This document shows positions 11,340 to 22,700 of a stretch of 64,000 bases of DNA, one piece after another. Source of the stretch: a virus. The stretch's first letter is position 1. Each line of letters starts with the position of its first letter. A model generated the notes under the pieces. That model searched no databases. It was not told the DNA's origin and was given only the letters and a program-made list of their open reading frames with translations. Location: the IMG/VR virus record IMGVR_UViG_3300042888_001055. One strand, given 5' to 3'. Position numbers and translations under genes: made by a program.

Positions 11340-11340
11340 T

Positions 11341-11712
11341 TTAACTTATATCCTCATAACTACATGTAACAATAAGAGTATTTGCAGTGCCTGCAGATGC
11401 TCCTAAACTATTATTTTCCTCCAAATAATATTGTGTATTTTTTTGTATAACTGTTACTGTTCCACCAGACGGTATTGTAACATTTCCTGCAATCGCAAAT
11501 GCTGTACCACCAACGTTGGCTGCGTTATACCAAGCTACAGTTACGGAGGCTGTATTAGCTCCGTAATTAGCTACATTTAATGTGTTTACTTTTAAGCATT
11601 TGCCACTACCAGCCGCATTGTTTAATACCGTAGTTGCGCTTGTACTTGTTAGGTTTGCACCCGTTGTTTTACCATTGATTGTTGTTGCACTGATTATGTT
11701 TGGTGCTGCCAT
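11341..11712 (-). CDS. Small virion protein, putative fibre adaptor
   Basis: 123 aa, beta-strand-like, tightly coupled between stalk and tip genes. Confidence 0.7.
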   Translation of the reverse strand: MAAPNIISATTINGKTTGANLTSTSATTVLNNAAGSGKCLKVNTLNVANYGANTASVTVAWYNAANVGGTAFAIAGNVTIPSGGTVTVIQKNTQYYLEENNSLGASAGTANTLIVTCSYEDIS

Positions 11713-11713
11713 G

Positions 11714-14587
11714 TTATCCTCCGAATATTAATGAATAGCCTACTGCGGCAGCTGATGATGCTCCACCAGCGGTTAAATTGATTGTTGTTACTTCTATGTA
11801 ACTACCATTTGCCGGAGCACTACTGAATGTTATATTAGCGTTAGCCAATGTATAATCTGTTCGTAATACTGTTGCTCCGTTATAGTTAACACTAGTTTGA
11901 TTTATGCCAATTGGCGTAGTGCTTAAAGTAAATATTGTTTGTACACCGTTTCCAGTAAAGTTGTCTACAGTTACGTTTGCCGCATTACCACCACTTTGTG
12001 CTACCCAATCTAAGTTTCCTGCACCATCTGTCTGTAATACATAATTAGCAGTACCACCTGTAATAATTACGTTACCAACTGCACCCAAATTACTTTGTCC
12101 AGTAACATTTAATGTACCGGCTACATTAACTCCTGTGCCTGTTACTACAACTACGTTAGCATTACCCACAGCACTAAAGTTAATATTGCCATTTGCAGCC
12201 GGAATGTTTACATTACTATTGCCGTTACTGATACTAGCACCGCCTCCACCACCTGATTGTGCTACCCAACTTAATGTACCTGATCCATCTGTACTTAGTA
12301 CATAACCATTAGTACCACCTGATATATGTAAATTACCTACTGAACCTAAGGTGACATTAGCTGTGGTTGTAAAGTCAACTATACCAGTTGCATTGCTTAC
12401 TGTTAACCCAGTTAAACTACCAACTGAAGTTATGTTTGGTTGTGCATTAGTTGTTAGTGTACCTGTAAAATAATTAGCACTTACTAAATTACCACCAGTA
12501 ATGCTTCCCCCAGATCCAGCACCAGCTGTAATATTACCCGCAACTAAATTACCAGTTACATTGGCTGTACCGCTAATGTTAGCACCTGTACCAGTTATAA
12601 CTACTACGTTAGCATTACCCACTGCACTAAAGTTTATATTGCCATTAGCTACTGGAATACTGACATTACTATTGCCGTTACTGATATTACTTGTAGAACC
12701 ACTAATAACAGTAGACCAAGTTAATGTACCGGATCCATCTGTCTGTAAATATTGACCATTTGATCCACCTGCTATGTGTAGGTTAGCTACAGCACCAAGA
12801 GTAACGTTAGCTGTTGTTGTAAAATCAACTATACCGGTTGCGTTACTTACGGTTAATCCTGTTAATGAACCAACTGAAGTTATGTTTGGTTGTGCATTTG
12901 TTGTTACGGTACCCGCAGTCGTTGCTGAATTGGCAGTTCCATAAAAGTTACCAATGAAATAATTAGCTGTTGCTAGATTACCTAAATTAGCATTAGCACC
13001 TGTAATATTACCTGTAACAGTTAAACTGGTTAATGAACCAACACTTGTTATGTTAGGTTGTGCATTAGTTGTTAGTGTACCGGTAATATAATTAGCAGAT
13101 AATAAGTTACCACCAGTGATACTACCACCAGAGCCAGCACCAGCTGTAATATTACCGGCAGATAGATTACCTGTTACATTAGCTGTACCTGATATGTTTG
13201 CTCCGGTTCCAGTTATAACTACTACGTTAGCATTACCTACAGCACTAAAGTTAATATTGCCATTGGCACTTGGTATATTTACATTACTATTACCATTAGA
13301 TAAACCTGCTGTTGTAATACCAGTTAAATATATACCATTACCAGTAAAGAAATTAGCTGATACATTGTTACCTAAACTAGCATTACCAGAACGAATGTTA
13401 GCTAATTCAGTGAATGTAACTACCTCTGAGGAGATACCAACATTACTACCAAATGCTATTTCTGCATTACTTATATCCCATCCCATCCAGGCTATCTTTG
13501 CGCTTGTATCATAATAATTAAGAGCAGTACCAACATCTTTACCGGTATTAGCAACTGGTGCAGCGCCATTTGGTCCTGTTTGTAAGTTAATGATTGGATC
13601 ACTAATAGATAAGGTAGTTGAATTAATATATGTTAATGTGCCATTAACTGTTAAATTTCCACCAAAAACGCCATTACCTGATATTGATAAATCTGTTAAT
13701 GTACCAACACTTGTAATGTTTGGTTGAGCATTGGTGTATACCGTACCGGATACTAATGCATTGCTTACTTGACCGGATACATTAGCACCAGCTACACTAT
13801 TAGCGGTTGTAGCAAAAGATACTGCGCCGGTTACATTACTACCTTGAATATTACTTAAATTATTGCCTGCTCCACTGAAGAAATTAGCTATAGCTAGATT
13901 ACCTAAATCAGCGTTACCTGCAGTTATATTACCACTAGCAATAAATGTATTGGCTGATATAACATTCGCATTAGTGATATTACCACCGGAGCCATTACCT
14001 GCAATGATATTACCAGCAGATAGATTACCTGTGACATTAGCTGTACCTGATATGTTTGCACCAGTACCGGTAATTACCATTACAGTATTACCAACAGCAG
14101 TAAAATTTATATTGCCATTAGCTGACGGAATATTGACATTACTATTGCCGTTACTGATACTAGCACCGCCTCCGCCACCTGATTGAGCTACCCAACTTAA
14201 TGTACCAGATCCATCTGTTTGTAGCACATAGCCATTAGTTCCACCGGTTATATGTACATTAGCTACTGGTCCTAATGCTACATTACTTGCACCAGTTAAG
14301 TCAGCAGTACCAGTAGAAGTTATACCAGTTAGTGTACCAACTGAAGTAATATTTGGTTGAGCATTAGTATATACAGTACCGGATACTAATGCGTTACCTA
14401 CTTGTCCAGAAACATTACTACCTGCTATATTGCTTAAGTTATTACCAGAGCCACTGAAGAAATTAGCTGTTGCTGTATTGCCAAGATCAGCGTTTAATGA
14501 AGATAGGTTACCCGTAGCAGTTACGTTATTGAACGTAAAGTCACCTGTTGTGTCTATGATGTACGGTTCTATCTTTATTAAAGCCAT
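11714..14587 (-). CDS. Fibre stalk protein (957 aa)
   Basis: Same stalk modules as 2638-6318; VDNFTGNGVQT domain; hydrophobic end AAAVGYSLIFGG. Confidence 0.8.
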   Translation of the reverse strand: MALIKIEPYIIDTTGDFTFNNVTATGNLSSLNADLGNTATANFFSGSGNNLSNIAGSNVSGQVGNALVSGTVYTNAQPNITSVGTLTGITSTGTADLTGASNVALGPVANVHITGGTNGYVLQTDGSGTLSWVAQSGGGGGASISNGNSNVNIPSANGNINFTAVGNTVMVITGTGANISGTANVTGNLSAGNIIAGNGSGGNITNANVISANTFIASGNITAGNADLGNLAIANFFSGAGNNLSNIQGSNVTGAVSFATTANSVAGANVSGQVSNALVSGTVYTNAQPNITSVGTLTDLSISGNGVFGGNLTVNGTLTYINSTTLSISDPIINLQTGPNGAAPVANTGKDVGTALNYYDTSAKIAWMGWDISNAEIAFGSNVGISSEVVTFTELANIRSGNASLGNNVSANFFTGNGIYLTGITTAGLSNGNSNVNIPSANGNINFSAVGNANVVVITGTGANISGTANVTGNLSAGNITAGAGSGGSITGGNLLSANYITGTLTTNAQPNITSVGSLTSLTVTGNITGANANLGNLATANYFIGNFYGTANSATTAGTVTTNAQPNITSVGSLTGLTVSNATGIVDFTTTANVTLGAVANLHIAGGSNGQYLQTDGSGTLTWSTVISGSTSNISNGNSNVSIPVANGNINFSAVGNANVVVITGTGANISGTANVTGNLVAGNITAGAGSGGSITGGNLVSANYFTGTLTTNAQPNITSVGSLTGLTVSNATGIVDFTTTANVTLGSVGNLHISGGTNGYVLSTDGSGTLSWVAQSGGGGGASISNGNSNVNIPAANGNINFSAVGNANVVVVTGTGVNVAGTLNVTGQSNLGAVGNVIITGGTANYVLQTDGAGNLDWVAQSGGNAANVTVDNFTGNGVQTIFTLSTTPIGINQTSVNYNGATVLRTDYTLANANITFSSAPANGSYIEVTTINLTAGGASSAAAVGYSLIFGG

Positions 14588-14606
14588 TTGTTATCCTGTT
14601 ATACTA

Positions 14607-14613
14607 TATTTAG
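14607..14613 (-). promoter_or_regulatory. Putative late promoter (CTAAATA)
   Basis: TAAATA core in the gap upstream of 14587. Confidence 0.6.
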
Positions 14614-14621
14614 TCTTTTTA

Positions 14622-17600
14622 TTAATAGATCGGGAATGCACTTGTTGGGGCGGTGAAGTTACTTGTATAACGTGCATAACCTTTTGTTATTCTTAGATCG
14701 TCTATGTATCCTTGCCAATAATTTGAAAGAGAACCGCCATTAATATTAAAGCACCCAATTGTCAAGGGACAATCTTCGTCAGCGGTCCAATTAGTTGCAG
14801 TTGTAGCTACAGAAACACCATTTACATAAAATGTAGTACTAGTTGTACTACTTCTAACCAATGCAATATGCGTCCATGTATTTGCTGAAATAGATGTTGT
14901 CCCGCTTGTCAGAGTAATTCCGTTACCTATTTGAACAAACAAAACTCCAGACCTTAGTTCAATTTCATAGTTTGCGCCAGCACCCCAACTATATACCGCG
15001 CAAATAATGGTTCTATCACCGGAAGTAGTAGTTGGATATATCCAACATTCAACCGTAAAGTTAGATGTTAAAAATTTAGATAAATTATTTACATTTAATG
15101 TTGGCGAAAATAAATAATCCCCCGTACCATCAAAACTTACACTACTTCCGCCAAACTTAGTTACTGTCGTACTTAATTGTGCATCAGCAACAGTTTCCAT
15201 GTTTGTCATCATTGCGGCATCATATACACCAGCACTGGTCATATTAGTTAATAAACTTGTATTTTGTATTGCGGTTAATGGCTGAGCCGGTGGTACAAAG
15301 TTACTGGTGTATAGTGCTGTACTTTTAACTACACGGAAATCACTAATATACCCTTGAAAATATGAAGTGCCGTCTCCGCCTATTAAATTAGTAGTTGTAA
15401 AAGAATACGCAGTAGAACCTGTAGATCCAGATTGAACTCCATTAATAAATATTTTTAATGTACTCCCGGATCTTGTTAATGCAACATGACTCCATGTATT
15501 TAATGTTGGTAAGGCGGCATCCGTTATATGCCAAGCGAGTCCTTGTATAGCAACACCTAAATTTGCATTAGCTCCATATTTACTTAGCTGGACTGCTCCT
15601 GTTGATCCCGAAGATATAGGCGCATTAGTTGCCCATGCTAGAGGATATACCCAACATTCTATTGTAAAATCAGCCGGAAATGCTAACGCACTATTGCTAG
15701 GTGCAGTTAAGTAATCACCAGTGCCATCAAAATAACCACTACCGCCAATTGTACTTACCGTATAGCCATTTGTAGTTGCACTTGTAAAACCGAATGGATT
15801 TTGTTGTGTTGGTTGACTATTACCTGAGGCAGTAATTGCAAATGCGTTTGTGGAATTATCAATGAATGTAGGTGATTGGCAAGTTAATAAACTTGTACCG
15901 GATACTGCTGTTAATGGAGTTGTACTTGGTGTAAAGGTTGAAGTATATACTGCAGTACCTTTTACTATACGTACATTTGAAATGTAACCGGTTACATATC
16001 CTTGAGGACTATTAGGATACGAGATACTAATACCAAGTAAAGTTCTTTCAATATTATTTGTTCCAGATCCCGAACCAACTGAGACACCGTTTTTATATAA
16101 AGTTACTGTTCCTGAACTACGAACGGCTGCAACATGAACCCATGTATTTACCGATAAATTTACAGAGTCATACAAATCAAAGTTACCCGAACCGGTACCA
16201 TTTCCCAAACCAATATGTAATTTACCGGCATTGCCTCCAGCACCAGTGCCAAGAATAAATCCTTGGCCGCCACCAGTATTAAATGTACTGACAAATCCTA
16301 CTTCTCCGCCGGGCGAAGAAGGAAGATATACCCAGCATTCAACTGTAAAGTCACCAGTAGCAAATGCATATTCAGAACTAGCAGTAGGAGTTAAATAATC
16401 CCCGGTACCATCAAAATAACCACTATAACTTGTTGGGGTTACTATTGATGGATTGAATGGACTAAAACGCTGTACTGAAACATCACCGTTCTTTGTGATG
16501 GTAAAGTTGTTTACACTATTATCAATCAATCTATTACTTTGGCAGGTTAATAGTACAGTGTTTGTAATTGCTGTTAGAGGTGTGGTTGGGACTGTATATG
16601 TTGTACCAGAATAAAGTGCAGTTCCTTTTACATATCGTACATTACTAATATAGCCATTTAAGAAATACTGATTTGCACCGTTCGCATAATAACGCCCAAT
16701 AATAAATGCGTCTGTAGCATTCGCTTCAGTAGTACTTGAAAATTGACCTACTCTAGTTCCATTTAGATAACAACTACAATTATTTGCTGAAGATCCGGAA
16801 CGTACCAATGCAACATGAAACCATTGATTTAACGGACACAATGTGCCGGAATAATTTGTGTTAATGGCCCATTCTAAGTAACCTGTATTTAGTATATTAA
16901 TACTAAGTCCAGCAGCACTGGTACTGTTACGCATCCCAGCCAAACCACCATAATCAGATGCACTTGTTACGTATGCCCAACATTCAAGTGTTAGGTCACC
17001 CGTAGTGCTAAACCCTGTAATTGCAGAAGCAGTTAAGGAATCACCATTACCATCAAAGTAGTTACTCCAGTTACCACCATAAGGACTAAATGTACCTTGA
17101 GTAGTATTACCCGCTCTTGTTACTAAAAAATTATTTGTGCTATTGTCTAGGAAAACATTGTTGTTTACTGATTGATTGTTTTGTAATATTAATAAACTTG
17201 TATTGGCAATTGCTGTTAATGGCTCAGAGGGCGGTGTGAATATTTGAGTGCCGGTTGTTGTACTGCTTGTTTGATAACCAGCTGGGATTGATCCTTTTAT
17301 TATACGAAGATCAACCAGGTATCCGTTAAGTGGAGTTCCACTATAACCAGTACCAATGGCTAATGTGCTAGTAGATGAAATATTTTGCGATCCGCTGGTT
17401 GCGTAACTAGAAAGATTGCCGTTTAAAAATCCACGTATAGTAGAACCACTTCTAGTATATACTAGATGATGCCATACCTTAGGAGTAATAGATCCTATAC
17501 TATATGATGTGCTTGCTAAGAATAAACCAGAGCTATTGGTATTTAATGTCCAGTCAAAACCTGATCCATTGTAATCTGATGTTGCACATATCCTATCAAA

Positions 17601-19409
17601 TGTACCTGTACTAATACTATTTGCGTATAACCAAACTTCTAAAGTGAAATCCCCTGTACCAAATGCAAAGACTGAGTTACCCGGCACACTTAAATAATCA
17701 CCACTACCATCAAAGTATCCACTACCATAAGTACTATAACTACTGTTTGGAGTGAATGGATCAAATGAATTTACTGTGGTATTACCACCAACCGTTACAG
17801 TGAATGCATTGGTACTGTTATCTATAAATCTGTTAGATTGGCAGGTTAATAAACTTGTGTTTGCTATTGCTGTTAGTGGACTTGTGGGTGGAGTAAATGC
17901 GGCTGTATAGACTGCCGTACCTTTAACAACACGAACATTAGAAATATACCCTGTAACATACTCAAAATTACCAGCACCATTTCTGCCAACTGCAACAATT
18001 TCAGTTGAATCAGTAATTGCTAAAGCACCCATATCTAAATTCGGCCCTTTAACACCATCGACATATACATTAACCATTGCACCATTGCGTACGCCTGCAA
18101 TATGATACCAGCGGTTTGTTGTTGCAACTGTGCCAAAAGTTGAGAAATACACTGTTCCACCATAACCTACTCCAACTATTGGGTATGATGAACCATTTAA
18201 TCCAAGTACAAAACTCATTGAACCTTGATTACCACCGGCATCACATGTACCAATAAAAATTTGTTGAGATACACTTTGTAAATATACCCAACATTCTATT
18301 GTAAAATCGCCCGCACCCATAGTAAAGGCAACATTATCCGGAACACTTATATAATCCCCAGTACCATCAAAGTAATTACTATAATAACCGGGAGTATACG
18401 GATTAAAACTATTTGGCCTTGTATCACCAAAAATACTTACATTAAAGTTATTCGTACTTGCATCATCTACAAATGTTGTACTTGCACCGGGTATCAATAA
18501 TGTATTATACTCAAAGTACGGATCATTGGCAACAGTAATACTCCAATTGATAGTTCTTACTGCACTACGATTTGTTGTTGCGGCCGTAGCGGTTAGTAAT
18601 GTACTACTATCAGCAATAACAGTTGGTGTACCAGATATGTTTGCACCAGTTAATGATAATCCAGTTGGTAGTGCATTAGCACTATAACTAACTGCATAAC
18701 CAGCGGCATCAGTAGCACTTAATGCTACATTAGAAATAGCACTATCCACCGCACTAGTATATGTTGTATTATTTGCTGGACTAACCCAAGTAACAGCATC
18801 AACATTGATTGTTAAACTAAAACTTCTTGTACTATCTTGTAATTGTGCATCGGTTGCTTGTATCGTAAATGAATATGTTGTACTACTACTATCTACTGGA
18901 GCTGTACCAGTTATAACACCATTGGCATATAATGTAGAACCAGTTGGTAATGAACCAGAAAATAATGAATAAGTTATTGGAGCATCACCACTAGCAACAA
19001 CAGTATTTGATATACTGGTTGTCTCATAATAACTACCTAATGATCCAGCACTTGTTGTCCAAGTTGGTAACACACTATAGATGATACCAGGAATAAATAT
19101 TGCCGTACCACCATCACTATTTACTACATATATTGTATATGTACCTGCACTCTTTGCAGGGCTTGTAAAAGTCAATTGATTTGGGTTAACATAAGTTACT
19201 ACTGCTACTGCATTACCATCAAATGTAATAGTTGCGCCAGCTAAAAAGCCAGTACCGTTTATTTGTACAGTTTGTCCACCTGCTGGGTCTAATGCCGTAT
19301 CATCTAAGCCACCAACACTATATCCAGAGATAGTTGGGGGTAAAGGTTTTAGTGCGTTAATGACACTTACGCTAGTTACAAGGTCATTTACAACTGAGGT
19401 TATACTCAT
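14622..19409 (-). CDS. IPT/TIG + Ig-like + 6 LamG domain protein (1595 aa), putative receptor-binding protein
   Basis: PAGGQTVQINGTGF (TIG-like), GSLPTG and LPTGLSL..ISGTPT (Ig-like), six FDG-initiated LamG units. Confidence 0.85.
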   Translation of the reverse strand: MSITSVVNDLVTSVSVINALKPLPPTISGYSVGGLDDTALDPAGGQTVQINGTGFLAGATITFDGNAVAVVTYVNPNQLTFTSPAKSAGTYTIYVVNSDGGTAIFIPGIIYSVLPTWTTSAGSLGSYYETTSISNTVVASGDAPITYSLFSGSLPTGSTLYANGVITGTAPVDSSSTTYSFTIQATDAQLQDSTRSFSLTINVDAVTWVSPANNTTYTSAVDSAISNVALSATDAAGYAVSYSANALPTGLSLTGANISGTPTVIADSSTLLTATAATTNRSAVRTINWSITVANDPYFEYNTLLIPGASTTFVDDASTNNFNVSIFGDTRPNSFNPYTPGYYSNYFDGTGDYISVPDNVAFTMGAGDFTIECWVYLQSVSQQIFIGTCDAGGNQGSMSFVLGLNGSSYPIVGVGYGGTVYFSTFGTVATTNRWYHIAGVRNGAMVNVYVDGVKGPNLDMGALAITDSTEIVAVGRNGAGNFEYVTGYISNVRVVKGTAVYTAAFTPPTSPLTAIANTSLLTCQSNRFIDNSTNAFTVTVGGNTTVNSFDPFTPNSSYSTYGSGYFDGSGDYLSVPGNSVFAFGTGDFTLEVWLYANSISTGTFDRICATSDYNGSGFDWTLNTNSSGLFLASTSYSIGSITPKVWHHLVYTRSGSTIRGFLNGNLSSYATSGSQNISSTSTLAIGTGYSGTPLNGYLVDLRIIKGSIPAGYQTSSTTTGTQIFTPPSEPLTAIANTSLLILQNNQSVNNNVFLDNSTNNFLVTRAGNTTQGTFSPYGGNWSNYFDGNGDSLTASAITGFSTTGDLTLECWAYVTSASDYGGLAGMRNSTSAAGLSINILNTGYLEWAINTNYSGTLCPLNQWFHVALVRSGSSANNCSCYLNGTRVGQFSSTTEANATDAFIIGRYYANGANQYFLNGYISNVRYVKGTALYSGTTYTVPTTPLTAITNTVLLTCQSNRLIDNSVNNFTITKNGDVSVQRFSPFNPSIVTPTSYSGYFDGTGDYLTPTASSEYAFATGDFTVECWVYLPSSPGGEVGFVSTFNTGGGQGFILGTGAGGNAGKLHIGLGNGTGSGNFDLYDSVNLSVNTWVHVAAVRSSGTVTLYKNGVSVGSGSGTNNIERTLLGISISYPNSPQGYVTGYISNVRIVKGTAVYTSTFTPSTTPLTAVSGTSLLTCQSPTFIDNSTNAFAITASGNSQPTQQNPFGFTSATTNGYTVSTIGGSGYFDGTGDYLTAPSNSALAFPADFTIECWVYPLAWATNAPISSGSTGAVQLSKYGANANLGVAIQGLAWHITDAALPTLNTWSHVALTRSGSTLKIFINGVQSGSTGSTAYSFTTTNLIGGDGTSYFQGYISDFRVVKSTALYTSNFVPPAQPLTAIQNTSLLTNMTSAGVYDAAMMTNMETVADAQLSTTVTKFGGSSVSFDGTGDYLFSPTLNVNNLSKFLTSNFTVECWIYPTTTSGDRTIICAVYSWGAGANYEIELRSGVLFVQIGNGITLTSGTTSISANTWTHIALVRSSTTSTTFYVNGVSVATTATNWTADEDCPLTIGCFNINGGSLSNYWQGYIDDLRITKGYARYTSNFTAPTSAFPIY

Positions 19410-19735
19410 GTCAACTCTGATCCAAATAAGTTAAAACTAACTGTAGTTGTATTAGCTCTTACTGTAACAACATCGGTTGTTGCTAATGTAATACCAATAG
19501 TCATTGTAATACTATCATTGGCATTTACGTTAGTGTCATATGATATGTACTGTGCTGTTGCAATTGAGGCGCCAGCTGGTCGTACTGCAACACGAAATGT
19601 TGCGGCACTTGCTGCCTGATTACAAATTACAATTGTACTACATACTGCTGAAGTTGATGCTGGTACTGTATATAAATCTATATTTGTATTTGCTGCCGGG
19701 TTACTTTGCCCTAAAACTTTATATGTGATTGCCAT
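19406..19735 (-). CDS. Small virion protein, putative fibre adaptor
   Basis: 109 aa MAITYKVLGQSNP...LYTVP; 4-nt overlap with the downstream LamG gene. Confidence 0.75.
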   Translation of the reverse strand: MAITYKVLGQSNPAANTNIDLYTVPASTSAVCSTIVICNQAASAATFRVAVRPAGASIATAQYISYDTNVNANDSITMTIGITLATTDVVTVRANTTTVSFNLFGSELT

Positions 19736-19744
19736 GTTATTTCC

Positions 19745-22700
19745 TTATGCTCCCATTAACAAGAATGGGCTTATTAAATCTTGTGCTGTAATTCCACCAC
19801 CCCCAGCATTTCCAGCAGTAAATGTTGTTACTTCAATAGGTGCTGTGTTTGGCGGAGCAGAACTAAATGTGATTACATTACCCGTTAATGAATATACTGT
19901 CCTTGGTTGGAATGTACCTGCTATACTAACTAAGGTAGCGTTAGCATTTGCTGGTGTAGATGTTAATGTGTACGCTGTTTGTACACCATTACCAGTAAAA
20001 TTATCTACGCCAATACTTGTTCCAGATGCGGCTGCCCAAGTTAAATTACCTGAACCGTCTGTACTTAATACAAATGTATTTGAACCGCCGGTTATATGCA
20101 AGTTACTTACATTACCTAAACTAACGTTAGCACCACTAAGTGCTATGTTACCAGTGATATTTGCATAGCCACTAATGTTTGCCCCTGTACCAGTAATAGT
20201 CATTACATTAGCATTACCAACTGCACTAAAGTTTATGTTTCCATTTACTGATGGAATGTTAACATTACTATTGCCGTTACTTATGTTAGATCCGCCACCG
20301 CCGCCACCTGATTGTGCTACCCAAGATAGAGCACCGGATCCATCTGTACTTAGTACATAACCATTAGTACCGCCTGTAATAACAACATTACCTACTGCAC
20401 CTAAATTACTTTGCCCAGTAACATTTAATGTACCTGATATATTTGCACCTGTACCAGTTATAACTACTACATTAGCATTTCCAACAGCACTAAAGTTAAT
20501 ATTGCCATTTGCAGCCGGTATGTTTACATTACTATTGCCGTTACTTATGTTGGATCCGCTACCACCACCTGATTGTGCTACCCAAGATAGAGCACCAGAT
20601 CCATCTGTACTTAATACATAACCATTAGTACCACCACTGATATGTAAATTACCAACAGCGCCTAATGTTACATTAGCTGTAGTTGTAAAGTCAACTACAC
20701 CAGTTGCATTACTTACTGTTAAACCAATTAATGAACCAGTACTAGTTATATTTGGTTGTGCGTTTGTGTATACAGTACCTGAAATTAATGAGTTACTCAC
20801 TTGTCCAGAAACATTACCGCCTGCTACTGCATTAGCTGTAGTAGCAAATGTTGCTAATCCAACTGTTATGTTCGCAACATTGGCGTCGGTTACAACAATA
20901 TTACCATTCATGCCTCCGTGAATAGAGCATTGATATTTGTAATTACCTACTATACCATATGGAATTTTCCAATATAGTGTTCCTGCTATTTGACCTTGGG
21001 CTGATGTAGTAGTTGATACTGTTCCTGTAGTTGTAACATGTTCTAAACCAACACTATAGTTTGCACCACCACTTGTTTGAATTAAGAATGGGTGTCCTGA
21101 TACATTCAAATTAAATGCTAATGTTTGACCACTAGTAACATATATCGCAGGATTGATAGTAGCACCATATTGATCAAATAGATATCCAGATGTTCCGCTA
21201 GCAGTGACATTTAGTCGTGTTGTGGCTTGTAGATACAACTCATCTGTCGTTAATCCAGCTGTATTGAATGTTGTAATATTACCAAACGTTAATGCACTCA
21301 ATGCACTACCATCACCAGTAAAGAAATTAGCTGTTACTAGATTACCTAAATTAGCATTACCGGCACTAATATTACCACTAGCAATAAATGTATTTGCACT
21401 AATTACATTTGCATTAGTGATGTTACCACCAGAACCATTACCTGCAATAATATTACCGGCAGATAAATTACCTGTAACATTAGCGGTACCACTAATGTTT
21501 GCACCTGTACCAGTTATTACCATTACATTAGCATTACCAACTGCACTAAAGTTAATATTGCCATTGGCGACTGGAATGTTTACATTACTATTGCCGTTAC
21601 TTATGTTAGATCCGCCACCGCCGCCACCTGATTGTGCTACCCAACTTAGTGTACCTGAACCGTCTGTACTTAGTACATATGCGTTTGTACCACCACTGAT
21701 ATGTAGATTACCAACAGCACCCAAAGTAACATTAGCTGTAGTTGTAAAATCAACTACACCAGTTGCATTACTTACAGTTAATCCTGTTAATGAACCAACA
21801 CTTGTTATATTTGGTTGAGCATTAGTTGTTACAGTACCGGCAGTTGCAACATTTAAGTTAGCAACTTGTGTTGTACTTGTTACTGTGAACGGCGCTGTAC
21901 CTGTTGTAACGTTACTTACTAGTATACTAGCTGTAACATTTCCACTTACTGCTAAACTTGTTAATGTACCAACACTAGTAATGTTTGGTTGTGCGTTTGT
22001 ATATACTGTGCCGGCTATTAATGCGTTAGCTACTTGACCAGTAACATTACCAGCTGATATATTACTTAAGTTATTACCGGCCCCACTAAAGAAATTAGCT
22101 ATAGCTAAATTACCTAAATTAGCATTACCGGCAGTAACATTACCACTAGCAATAAATGTATTGGCTGATATGACGTTAGCGTTAATAATATTGCCACCAG
22201 CACCATTACCTGTAATGATGTTAGTTGTAGTAAGATTACCTGTAATATTAGCACCAGTGCCGGTAACAACTAATATATTGGCATTGCCTTCAGCACTAAA
22301 GTTTATATTACCGTTAGCTAATGGGATATTTACATTACTATTTCCGTTTGATATACTAGCTGTAGTAACACCTGTTAATAACGAACCGTTACCTATAAAG
22401 TAGTTAGCATTTGCAAGATTACCCAATATTGCATTGCCAGAACGAATGTTGGCTAATTCGGTGAATGTTACTACTTCACTTGAAATACCAACATTAGACC
22501 CAAATGCTATTTCTGCATTACTTATATCCCAACCCATCCAAGCAATTTTTGCACTTGTATCGTAATAATTTAATGCGGTACCAACATCTTTACCTGTATT
22601 AGCAACCGGGGCGGCACCATTTGGTCCTGTTTGTAAATTAATGATTGGGTCACTAATTGATAATGTAGTTGAGTTGATATATGTTAGTGTACCGTTAACT